NCBI GenBank assembly: GCA_010909165.1
Contig: VJWM01000107.1
Span: 806,001-870,000, forward strand
Direction of reading: 5' to 3'
Length of the DNA stretch: 64,000 nucleotides
From: Anthoceros angustus
Taxonomy: Eukaryota; Plantae; Anthocerotophyta
The notes beneath the pieces were generated by a model, which worked only from the letters and a program-made list of their open reading frames with translations, did no database searches and was not told where the DNA came from. Position numbers and translations under genes: made by a program. The first letter of the stretch is position 1. Every line of letters starts with the position of its first letter. Positions 33,816 to 44,761 of the stretch are shown piece by piece.

Positions 33816-36800
33816 TGTTGCTGACCGTCTTCGAGTTTTAACTAAATTAAATAATTTGCACAAGCCCAGAGAATAATGAGGAGGCGGGGCAGCCCACGTC
33901 TTTGGTGCACGTCGTGGTGTGGGCACGACCCGGCCCGTTCCCGTGCCTTTGATGCTTTGATGCCCCCCCCTGCTCATCATCACAGTCACAGGCCGTGCCC
34001 CACCAGCGGGGCAAAGCGGCAACGCGGGGTGGGCTTGCCGGACATTCTTGCTCGCTTTGGCCGCTTTGGCCGCTTTGGCCGCTTGGGCCCCAGGCGCCTG
34101 GCCGCTGGGGGAGATAAATCATAAGTAAAAGGCGTAGACGACACAAGGCAGGGAGTCGTCTCACAGGCGTCTCACGTGTCTCTGACGCCGGAACATGCCA
34201 TACCGCCGGAAGGCCAATCACGGGCCCGGGATCCACCCCCGGTCCCCACCCCACCCGCCGTGCGCATGTGCGAGCCATAAATGTTGGCTTCGGACGGAAC
34301 GGGGAACGGGGAGCGGGGAACGGGAAACGGGGACGGGCAGGTCGCTCTCCGTTAGGTCGGGGTCGTCCGACACTCGCACTGGACGGGCGGGCAACAGCGG
34401 ACCAGACAGTTACATGTTTTCTGGTGGCGGACTCGGACGGGAGGACGGGAGGACGGGAGGACGGGAGGACGGGGCGCGGTCACGGGTCGCGAGTCGCGAC
34501 TCTCCGCGGCGGGCTGTGCAGTGTCGTGACGGGATGGCGATGCCTGCAGGCTGCAGGGGCCGTGTCCGAATTACCAGGGGGTTTACACGATCGAGGCCAT
34601 GTGCTGAGGGCTGCGCTGTGTCCCGGTTCACGTGCCTCTGACAGGGGCGAGTCCAGGCAAGGGGGAGGGATTAGGTGCAGGCCTCTCAGGGGATTATCAT
34701 TGGGGGGCCGGATTTCCCCTGGCTCTGCGTACATGCACATGGAAACAACAAGGAGAAGGGGCCAGGGCAGAGGGAGAGAATTTGTAAGGGAACGGCACGC
34801 TGCTGGTGCCGGTGCCGGTGCCGGTGCCGGTGCAGAGGACGGTGGCCTTGCCTCGGGCTGCGAGCAGATAGCGCGTGCAGGGCTACTGGGCTCTCGCCCA
34901 ACGGCAGCCCCAGCGCAATCCCCTCCTCTGCGTGGCAAAGATACGCTCCAGAGCTCATGGGGGATCGGGTTGCCGGATAGTTGGACTGGACTGGCCTGCT
35001 CCGCCTGCGTCACATTCCTCTGTCCTGTCCAACAGGCCACCTCGTCAAGTATCAGCCCTGTGGAATGTTGTTGGGCCTATGGGTCAGCGAGCTGCAACAA
35101 GAGACGGGAGTTTCTGTATTCTAGGGCTGGAGGGATGGAGGGATGGAGTGATGGAGGCACCTGGTCTTCCGACGGGGAAAGTCATGTCGAACGGCATTCA
35201 TTGCCCACGGCCAGTCGCCAGTCCCTTGTCGTCACGTCTATCGAAGGCAGGCGGGATGTACATATGTACATACATACAGTGTGGCAGTGGACTGGTTACC
35301 AGGGGTGATGTGAAAGACGTACCCAGTACGCTTTTACTGTTTTGTGTAAGGAATCCACATCGCTGCAGCCGGGATGTCATATGTTGGCAACCGCTATCCA
35401 CTGCATATCCACTTCACCTGCTAGGCAGAGGAATGCGTATGGGGATATATATATATGGGTAGATCTGCAGGAGAACATAGGAATGGTGTGACTGGCCTGC
35501 AGCAGTCTGCAGCAGCCACTACACCCACTCTCTCTGCACACAAAACAACACAGCACAGCACAAAGGCATTGCAGGCCTGCCATGCTGCCACCATCCGAGG
35601 ACCTCGCCCGTGCCTAGGATGCCCCGACTCTGCGGGGGCCTGAAGCTTCTGTGATGAGGAGGAGGAGTTGGAGTAGGAGTCGGAGGGTCTGGAGTCTGGA
35701 CTCTGATGTAGGAAGTGTTGACCTGGGTGGTGGGATCCAGCAAGTTGGGGAGGAGACAAGGGAAAACAGTTCCTCTTATCCCGCTTTATAAAAAAATGAG
35801 CTTCACAGCTGCAGGCCAATGCACGGGTGCCAACGCCATGGGCCATTCTCGAACTGAGGAGGCCTCCACTGGCAGGAATATTTTCACACACCTTTACCGT
35901 ACCATGCATTTCAGATGCATTTCACACTGTGGAGGAAGCACAAACTTACCAGCCCGGTGCTGGCTGGCTACCGTGTTGCTGCTTCGCTTCCCCCTGCTAA
36001 CCAAAACAAAACAAAAAGCTCTTGCTAAGCGACGCATTCTGGAAGCTCAAGCCAACGGGCCATGTGCGTCGCATGAGCGCTGCCACCTTTTTCCCGCTCT
36101 GTCTCATGTGCCTTTATCCGAACAGTGCCCCGCATCCCACTCCCCCGTTCACACTGCTCTCCCCTGGCCAGACCATTCCCAGCAGCATAAGGTAAGCAAG
36201 CGTTTGATGCACCTGCTTCCAGCGGACCTGCTGATTGGCATGTCCCCCAACGATTCCCAGGCGCAGATCGAGGATGATGGAGATCTGTTACCCCTGGAAC
36301 ACTAGAGCTACATATGTCAAACATACTCCAATCCTGCATCATGAACAAGGCCTACCCACCTCAGCTCTTCCCCGTGCCCCTTGCAAGAGTCAAATTAGCA
36401 TAGATGATCTCCCAGCGTGTAATGTACCTCCTTCCCAATGCCATCCTTCCTGCTGCCTGCTGGCACACTGCAACTTTTTGACTTACTCCCGAGTCCCCCC
36501 ACTCTCCGCCACAGTACACCATCATCAGCATGTGTAAAGCTACAGTATTGCATGACTGCATTCCCGAGCCTACAATAAAATACACTTCCTTCTCATCACC
36601 TGCGCGTGTCCCTTGTTGACTTGCCATCCTCTGCCATCCCCATCCCCATTGCCGTGCTCTTATCCGCAAAACATGCATCACATCCCTGTTTTGAATCCAC
36701 TGTATCCCTCCCTGAAAAAACATGCCTCATTCACTTTGCGCGCAATTCTCCCGACTAATCCGGCCCTTTTCAAATGCAAGAGCTAGGGTTTCGCTGTCAC

Positions 36801-38199
36801 CTTTCTTTTCCCAGTGGAGTACTGCTCCCGGAAGCCCGCAGATCCATATCCCGAAGAATTCAAACCGCAGTCCACAATTTGCACCAGGGCGTTAATGCAA
36901 GCGGCAAGAACATTCTAATCCCGGTCCACAGAAGCCCGCCAGATGGAAAGGGGTTGCACGAGTGACTCGGGCAGCGTGCAAAGACATGCGGATTTCAAGC
37001 AGGCCAGCCCTCCACGGTCCTCCTCCACCGTAACCACTATTAGCCAATGCCCGCACTTCCAGAGGCTGCTTGGCCTGCCTCCTGCTGTGGCAACACAGCG
37101 CTGCGCGCATGCAAAAGGCAGCATTTGGACTACGTATCTCCTTCATCCTGTTGGTTCATGGACCGGCACTGACCATACACGGGATGGATGCATTGCGCAG
37201 ATGCATGTATGTACATCCATCTGTGGTCTCGCCTTTGCGAGACAGGCGAGACAACATCAACGGCCTCTTCTCAGCTGAATTAATAATATATTCATATTGT
37301 TTTAGTGACGAAATCGCCCACCTCATGCGTGGGCTCCACACGTTGTTGCCCCAATCCTTTAATCATGCGAAGTGGGGCCCTTTTCTGGATGCCGGCGTCA
37401 CACATCGTTACTTCTCATTACATTCTGAAATGATATCAATGCTTCTCTTGCATTTTGTGTTGCCGATATTCCATCTCCAGGCGCGTTCAAACAGACCTGA
37501 AGGTGCCAAAACATGTGCTACCTCCTTCGGGGATAGAGTATGGGACATCACTCTAATACAATATGTGCTTGGATTCGATGTCATCCAAAGCCCACTGAAA
37601 GACCAAGAAGCCGACAGAAGCTGTAGGTTGTGGAATAGTCGAGCCTCCACAAGAGACGCGCAAGTGCTAGAAGAAGAAGAAGAATGAAGAAGAAGTCTAT
37701 TATAGTCCACTTGGGTGGTACAGACTAGTACAGTATGTGCACAGAACGCAAATGTTCCGGATACAAACTTTTAGATTAGGCAGAAACGGCTGTGCACATC
37801 CAAGCATGCAAGAGCAAATGCAGTACTTACACGAAGTACTTTTTTGGTGATCACCGAGAGAATAGGCTCTGGAATGAACTTAGTAGCATGCACAATGTCT
37901 GCCAGGAAGCCCCCATCCATAATGCTAAGGTGGCCACAGTCCGGAGAATATAAGGCTCCGTGGAAGATGCGGAATCAGGTTTCTGGAGCTTAACACTTGA
38001 ATGGCAGTCTGGAGTCCTGGACTAAGTAAGAGATGCATCCTGCACCAGTGCACAAGACGAACGACGAACGAAGGATTGGGATCCCACTTGGAATGCTACA
38101 TTGCGGAAACCGGATTATAAAGTTCAGTTCTGTCTACACACTGTGCTGCTCGAAATTGCTGTGTGGCACTTGCGAGTCGTTGTGGTGATAGTAGCGACA

Positions 38200-38270
38200 G
38201 GGTCGTGTTTGTGGGGGCATTGGTTCTGGGAGCTATGAAGGGTGATGCTGAAACTGTCCCGGCAAGTGAG
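38200..38270 (+). pseudogene. Isolated Hsp33 exon remnant
   Basis: TTCTGGGAGCTATGAAGGGTGATGCTGAAACTGTCC-GGCAAGTGAG is nearly identical to 43069-43115. Confidence 0.8.
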
Positions 38271-38284
38271 CACCAGGCTCGTTA

Positions 38285-39300
38285 AACAGAAGTGCACAGT
38301 CTAACCAGAGGGAGGTAAACCTACAGAAACCAGAAGAGCCTGAGCCTGTGAAAATCTACTGCCAGGAAGTTGGACCATAGCTGAGCAGCTGCTGCATGGC
38401 AAACCGGCAACATCTGCTCGAGAGATGCAGACTTCTGCTGACGAGCAGAACTGAGCGATGGGTCGGGAGTGAAATAGTTCTACACGATGAGAGTCCTGGA
38501 GGAATCGGTCAAGGCAGCAGACTCAGCCCGTTGGAGCATTCACTAGCCACCATCTCATCCTCTCCATCTGCAGCCAAGGAAGCATCCTCTCATTGATCAG
38601 CAGCAACAGAGGATAACGAATGTAACGAATCACACACCTTTTCCTGCTTACACTTTTTCTCAAGCACGTAGTTCCACTGATGCCTTGATGATGGCTCATC
38701 GTTGGCCAATCTTTGCGTTCTCTAAGAAAATGGTTTGTCAGCAGAAGACCTCGTACTCCATGCTGCATTCGAACATCCATTCCCCAGGCCCACACATGCA
38801 ACAGAAGGCCAGCCTAGCTCAGACTCCATCAAGATATCTCCAAAAACCATATTAACTGGGTGTTGCACCTTCAACCGGTCTACAACAGATTCCTCGATTG
38901 GTTGATGGGTGTGGAGCGGAATCCAGTTAGTTGAGGAGCTCCCTGGAATGCGAAGGAGGTGTGGGTGGCCAGGAAAGCATATTGTTGAAGGGCAAGGATT
39001 CATTCTGCTACCAAGCACATTCCGAGCCGGTAATTACGACCGCATTTCATGACATCCACTTGAATTGCATCTAGCTGTCAAGAGCATCGAAGGAGCCTTC
39101 TCCAGCACCACACCTGATCATAGGAAAGGGAAAGTCTGCCCCCGGTGACACCTCCAAAGCCCACCTGCAACAAATGCATTATATCGCAACCCTACAGAAA
39201 CAAGCACTCGCTGCACGACTTACCCGGCATGACATTGTCCTGTTCATGCTCCTATCGGCATCAGCAAAGCAGGATCCCCAAGCTCCTGAGTAAAATAGCA
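38285..39300 (-). pseudogene. Decayed paralogue of the PI-PLC X-domain gene
   Basis: Collinear similarity to 44915-46435, including introns (e.g. GCTGAGCAGCTGCTGCATGGCAAACCGGCAACATCTGCTCGAGAGATGCAG), with internal deletions and frameshifts. Confidence 0.88.
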
Positions 39301-39787
39301 AGAAACGGCTTTCCAACTGCGCACAAGTGTATACAAACTTAAAGAGACAACAACAATTTCCAATCCAGAACGATTTGGTAACAACTGGTAACAGGTCCGA
39401 ATCATCAGCTTGCAGTCGCGCGCTCCAGAAGAAGCTGCAGGGCAACCCTCAATCGCTACACAAATTCTAAGCATGGCTGTCAGCTTCGCAAGGAAGTTTG
39501 ATACAGTGGGATACACACCCAACAACACTACAAGTACATACTACCTATCACCGTGTGAGGGAAGTATCTCCCTCAATCACACGCTTAAATAGTAACTTGG
39601 GAAGTCAGCTCCTAGTACCCTCTATGTGATGCTTCCAGAAAGAGGTCGGGGATAGGAAGTCCCTCCTGCTATGTAGGCCCCAATATGGTCGGTACCCAGG
39701 CACTCTAAAGGCCATGGCATGGCGCCAGCTATTTCACAAAACCCATCCTACCCAGCAAGAGCTATCCCCATATGTGTATACGACAGC

Positions 39788-41167
39788 CTAGAAGGAACCA
39801 TCGCCGGCCTCCCCAGGATCCTCAACAAGGATCAGGGTGCTAATACATATCGGTATCAATTTGTCGGAGGTTGCAGTGTTGTTCCATTGTAAGGCGTACT
39901 CTCCAGCAAGCATAAGGCATGACACCTGAGGGGACGGGAACTTTTCCCACAACATCGCTGCCGTTCCAATGAGCTGTAATAAGTAGTCTTGGTCATCTGG
40001 CTTGGGCCGGTCACCCCAGTGCATGGTGACGACTCCCTGTTTGGAAAAGAGGTTAAGACCTACCCGATGTTCCTGCATATATGTCACAACGGAAGTCGTA
40101 GCCGGATCATCTATCCAATCCATAGTCCCTGGGAAGGAGTGAATCCGCATATGGTACAAGGCGTGCTTGTCCCTGATGTAGCTCTTTCCGTCCGCTGACT
40201 CCAACCAACAGCTCTGCACCCTGTTCCTGTTCCCCACCATCACAAAGAATCCAGAACAAGGAGAACGATACACCATAACGTTATTGCAAACCGTTTGAAG
40301 CGTCGTGGTTCGGAAGGAGAACGCCATGGAGTCACCTCTGCGTGCCAAGATTGGCACCAACCTGGAAACGGGGAACGGCGACTTCGCCTGTAGCACACCC
40401 GATATGCTGATCGCATCATTAGGCCTCAGTTTGATCTGTCCAATAGACACAGTAAGCCAGCCTCTTTCCCCCTTGCTGCACCAGTGGCAGGTGTAGCCAC
40501 CCCCGAGCACGACGCCTGAAACCTTAGGATCTGCCTCAACAAATCTCCTCCACAAAACTGCCACAGCTGTCAGCAACTCTTCCAGAATGCGAAGCTCTTC
40601 CGGATCTGGTGCCATTCGCATCCAGTCTAACGCAACTTCGAAATCCGGCACGAAGTGGTTATCTTTTGCGTCGTTCTTGTAATTCAGATACGTCTGCTTG
40701 AAGCTAAGAGGAACTTTGGCGTCGACGTTCTTCGAATTCAGATATGACTGCCGACACCTGATGAGGGACATGTCGCCAACGCACCTCTCTTGTTGTAGCA
40801 TTTGCTCCAGCCAAGGACGTAATCGACAATATCCTCTGGGTACTCTCTTTACTCCCGCCATGCTCTTGTTCCAAAGCCATAGCCATTTCGTAACCTTCTT
40901 CGCCGGTCCGACCACCACCACAAGGTTTGGGACCGGCTCGCAACCGATCAATTCAGTGCAAATTTTCTTCGAAGGTGTTTCCAGCAAATCCTCCAGAAAC
41001 TCGTCGCCACAAGATCGTTCCCTCTTACTCCCAGATGCTTGATCAGTCAGGCTCCCTGCTTGAATCAGTCCCCTTGACTCCGCCTCATCTGGGTTCGTCG
41101 CGTCCACGTTGCATGAGTCCCAGCTCGGAGTCGATCCGCATGAACTCCTCGCCATCTTCTCTCTCAT
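39788..41167 (-). CDS. Intronless 459-aa orphan protein with two copies of an unrecognised ~150-170 aa domain
   Basis: 1380-nt uninterrupted ORF at moderate GC with a globular composition; AT-rich promoter-like tract upstream (41380-41520); internal self-similarity visible by eye. Confidence 0.75.
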   Translation of the reverse strand: MREKMARSSCGSTPSWDSCNVDATNPDEAESRGLIQAGSLTDQASGSKRERSCGDEFLEDLLETPSKKICTELIGCEPVPNLVVVVGPAKKVTKWLWLWNKSMAGVKRVPRGYCRLRPWLEQMLQQERCVGDMSLIRCRQSYLNSKNVDAKVPLSFKQTYLNYKNDAKDNHFVPDFEVALDWMRMAPDPEELRILEELLTAVAVLWRRFVEADPKVSGVVLGGGYTCHWCSKGERGWLTVSIGQIKLRPNDAISISGVLQAKSPFPVSRLVPILARRGDSMAFSFRTTTLQTVCNNVMVYRSPCSGFFVMVGNRNRVQSCWLESADGKSYIRDKHALYHMRIHSFPGTMDWIDDPATTSVVTYMQEHRVGLNLFSKQGVVTMHWGDRPKPDDQDYLLQLIGTAAMLWEKFPSPQVSCLMLAGEYALQWNNTATSDKLIPICISTLILVEDPGEAGDGSF

Positions 41168-41740
41168 GCCCGTCCCCCACCTACTAACAACATTTGGCGG
41201 AGGATGCTAACTCGCTCTCTTCGACCACTAGCGGACTAATAACCAACCCTAAGAGCCACCTTTCTCTCGCTTGCCCGTCCAGCACTTAGTACATCAGCTC
41301 GCGCTCGTCTCTTCCATGATCTGCGGATACATAACAAACTAGAACAGTTCTCTCCCCTTCTCCCCTGTCCGTCCACACTTAATAAAATAAATATTGTAAG
41401 ATACTACCTCTCTCTCTTAAATAACCTATAAATATATATAAAAATTAATTTATATTAATTTATATAAATTAATTCTTTCTTCGATACCCTATTAATACAT
41501 AACGAATTCTAAAACTCTAGAAAAGAAGTATGTCTATTTGGCCTAAGAACGTGGTCTATCGATATGTACATGGAGTTGTAGAAAAGAGTGGATGCCTTTG
41601 TTATTAAGTAGCTGAGGCACACCATGGTACTATTGTGAAATAGCAAGTCCTATAATAAAAAAAATTTATATAAGAAGGATTATGATAGACCTTTTTTTTC
41701 TCCCATAAAAGAACATGAAATAAGTCTCCTACACCTACCA

Positions 41741-41962
41741 AATGTGTGTCCGAATGGCTTAGGCCAAATGGACACACATTTATAAGAACGCCGTGATTAA
41801 GCATCCTGAGCTTAGATCGGTACTTAGATGGGATGCCTAAAGGGAGTGGATGCCCTTGGTGCAAGTAGCTTAGGCACACCATGGTACAAGTTGTCAAGTA
41901 CCAAGTCCCATGACGGAAATCCATCCTTAGTGGACTCAAATAAAATTCTTCTTCTTCTTCTT
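41741..41962 (+). repeat. ~220-bp repeat, left member of an inverted pair
   Basis: Reverse complement of 47640-47911 (shared GGGAGTGGATGCCCTTGGTGCAAG, GCACACCATGGTACAAGTTG, CCTTAGTGGACT-AAATAAAATTCTTCTTC). Starts with the hairpin ATGTGTGTCC-N18-GGACACACAT. A partial extra copy lies at ~41585-41650 and a 70-bp tandem duplicate at 41920-42062. Confidence 0.85.
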
Positions 41963-42409
41963 CTACCTAGTTTTGCCTTTGGTGCAATGATCCATCCTTA
42001 GTGGACTCAAATAAAATTCTTCTTCTTCTTCTTCTACCTAGTTTTGCCTTTGGTGCAATGATATGCTTCGTAAAATACAGACTACTGCTTCTTCTATCAT
42101 ACAATAAAAGACCTACAGCTACCTAGTTTTCCTTTCGTTTGGTGGATTATGCGAAATACAGGATGAGCGTTTTCCATTTCAAGTTCACACTGGTCCTGTC
42201 CTGCAATTGTGCAGGACAACGTCGTAAGATTCAAATTAGTGTAGAGGAGGAGCGGTTGGGCTGGGTTGGGCTGGGTTGGGCTGGGCTGGGCTGGAACGAA
42301 ATGTTTGGTGACATTTGAGTTCATTTGTTGAGGTAAAGGGAGGTACACTTTTCCTGCAATTCATATCTGCGTTACAGACCGATCGTGGGCCTGCAATTGC
42401 TACGGAGGT

Positions 42410-44500
42410 ATGGAGGCAGCAGCCTCTGCTTGTTGCTCCACAGCAAGGCACACCCTGCGGCTGCCGTACTGCTCCTACCACCCCCGCTGTAAGGCTGCGC
42501 GTTGTGGATCAGCTTGTGCAATTGTTGTGAGGCATTTCTGACGTGGTACATTTTCAGGTGTGAAACCTGCAAGCTACCACGTGCGTGGAAATGGGAGCAC
42601 GGTGTGGGGATTGAGGCACACTTGGGCAGGAGCAAGAGCAGGGAGGATACCGGGTGGGGATGGCTTTAGAAGGCAGCAGAGATCCATGGCTTCGGCTGTC
42701 GTTGATGACAGTGGGGCGCGATCAGCATCTGCTGGGATGGTGGACGATGAGGACCAGATTCTGCGTTGCACTTCCCTCAGCGCTGAGGTGAGAGGGGGAA
42801 TGGTACTTGGCCTGGGACGATGTTTCCTGCTTTTTCCTAACTGGGTGGTGGGCACATGTTTTGATCCAGGTGTCGGTGATAGCTGTGAAAGCTACTGAGG
42901 TGGTGCAGGAGGCTCAGAAACGGCACAAGGCATCTCCCACTGTGCGTTTACTTTCGCTTTGTTGAGCCTGGCTTTAGCCTGATTAACAGTTGCCTCGGAG
43001 CTGAATTTTTGTGCTATATTGAAGGAAGGCGTCAGCTGCATTGGGTCGTGCTCTTGTGGGGACGTTGCTTCTGGGAGCTATGAAGGGTGATGCTGAAACT
43101 GTCCAGGCAAGTGAGTCTGGGTGCCAGGGTTTTTGGTGTATGGGGTAGCGTAGGTGGGTCTGTGTTTGATGTTTTTGGGGTGGTGTGTTGCAGGTATCGT
43201 TTGTCGGGGATGGGCCTCTCGGGCAAATGACAACAGTGGCTGGGAAACAAGGGTTTGTGAAGGGTTTTGTTGGCAATCCATTGTGTGACCCTCCTCTAAG
43301 GCCAGATGGGAAGGTTTGTCATATGCACGTGTTCATGGATGGCCTTGCTGAGTTAGGTGCGATCACTTCTTGTTTTTTGTTGACAGTTTTGTGCAGCTTG
43401 ATGTAGGAGCAGCAGTTGGATCGGGAGTTCTGAGCGTTGTGCGTAACAATTCTTCCTGGACCCAGCCTTATACGTATGTCTAGGTGCAAGGCCTCAATAT
43501 GCTGATTTTCATAATGCTGCCAGCTTTTTTTTAGCATGCTCTTCTATCCTTGCATCACTTTTGTCCTTTTAGAAATTCAAAGTCCAATTCATTGTGACCC
43601 AATTGTTTTGCAGTGGAACTATTCCCATCTACTCTGGAGAAGTTGCTGAGGATATTGCTCACTACCTTGCAGATAGCGAACAGGTGCTCAGGTCGTTCAT
43701 TTACTTTTTTGTCATTTTTAAGTGTGAGCAGTTTCGTTCGTTCGATTTAAGCGTTCAATTTGCATGTTGATAATTGGTGTTTGCTTTGTGCAGACCAATA
43801 CTGCCGTAGGTCTTGGTGTGTCCTTCACGAAAGAGGGTGTAGTGAAAGCTGCAGGAGGCTTCCTAGTGCAGGTGGGTCTCATTCGGATAAGATTACGATT
43901 CACCTCATGTTGTCAGGAAGCCATCGTGCTGAGTATACTTTTTTTTTTTTTTGGGTGCTGCAGGTTTTACCATTCTGCTCAGAAGAAACACTAGCACAGG
44001 TGGAAACGAACATACTTGCAATGCCCCCTATCTCTGATGCTGAAACTATAACTCCACGCAAAATTGTGGAGGAGCTTTTGAAAGGGGTCGGTGTGGGTGA
44101 CTTCTCTGATCCGGTAAGCCATTGCAGGGTTATCAACTTGTCGAGTGCTTCCTTAGCACGCTGAAGCCCTTAAAGGAATCACGATCGCTGTCGTCTCCAC
44201 TTGACCAGGTCATTCCCAGATTCGGCCCTTGTGGAGTGGAGGAGTTAAGAACACGAATGATGCGTGCTGTGGCCTCGCTGGGGCCATCTCAAGTTCGAGA
44301 GTTGCTAGATGAGCAAGGTCCATTTCCTTTCAGTCTTTGCAGAACCCTGCTTGCTGTATTTCATGGCTGAATGCACATCAATGGTTTTATCTCCACTTGC
44401 ATCTCTGGCAGGTCATGTGGAAGTCAGGTGCGAATTCTGTGCCGAAGTAATTCGGTTTGGGGAGCCGGATCTTCGACAAGTTCTCCAGACAATCTCCTAG
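42410..44500 (+). CDS. HSP33: Hsp33 (HslO-family) redox-regulated chaperone, probably organelle-targeted (11 exons)
   Basis: Spliced translation: [148 protein letters not shown]. The N-terminal extension resembles a transit peptide; the start codon is inferred. Confidence 0.92.
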
Positions 44501-44539
44501 TATCACAGCTTTAATCTGCTGTATCAATTTCTAGTTTTA

Positions 44540-44680
44540 AAAAGAGCACCTACATCAACTTTCTCCACTGAATTGGAGAAAGTTTAAAAAAAGGAGCACC
44601 TACATCAATTTTCTCCACTGAATTGGAGAAAGTTTAAAAAAGGAGCACCTACATCAACTTTCTCCACTGAATTGGAAAAA
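44540..44680. repeat. ~48-50-bp tandem repeat, 3 copies, between convergent 3' ends
   Basis: GAGCACCTACATCAA(C/T)TTTCTCCACTGAATTGGA occurs three times. Confidence 0.9.
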
Positions 44681-44761
44681 ATTGATTAAATTGTAATCTT
44701 TTTGTTGCCTGCAATGTCGTGATGACAAGTAGCTTCTGCTTTGTAGGCAACAATGTTTTCA

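Noticed and set aside
34000-37700. Several 150-350 aa ORFs between the tRNA and the PI-PLC remnant
   Set aside because: No recognisable motifs or codon bias; they contain microsatellites (GCTTTGGCC, GGTGCC, GGACGGGA) typical of UTR or intergenic DNA. A gene here cannot be excluded.
42256-42293. (TGGGC/T)n run as a site II promoter array for Hsp33
   Set aside because: It contains TGGGCT motifs but cannot be distinguished from a simple pentanucleotide microsatellite.
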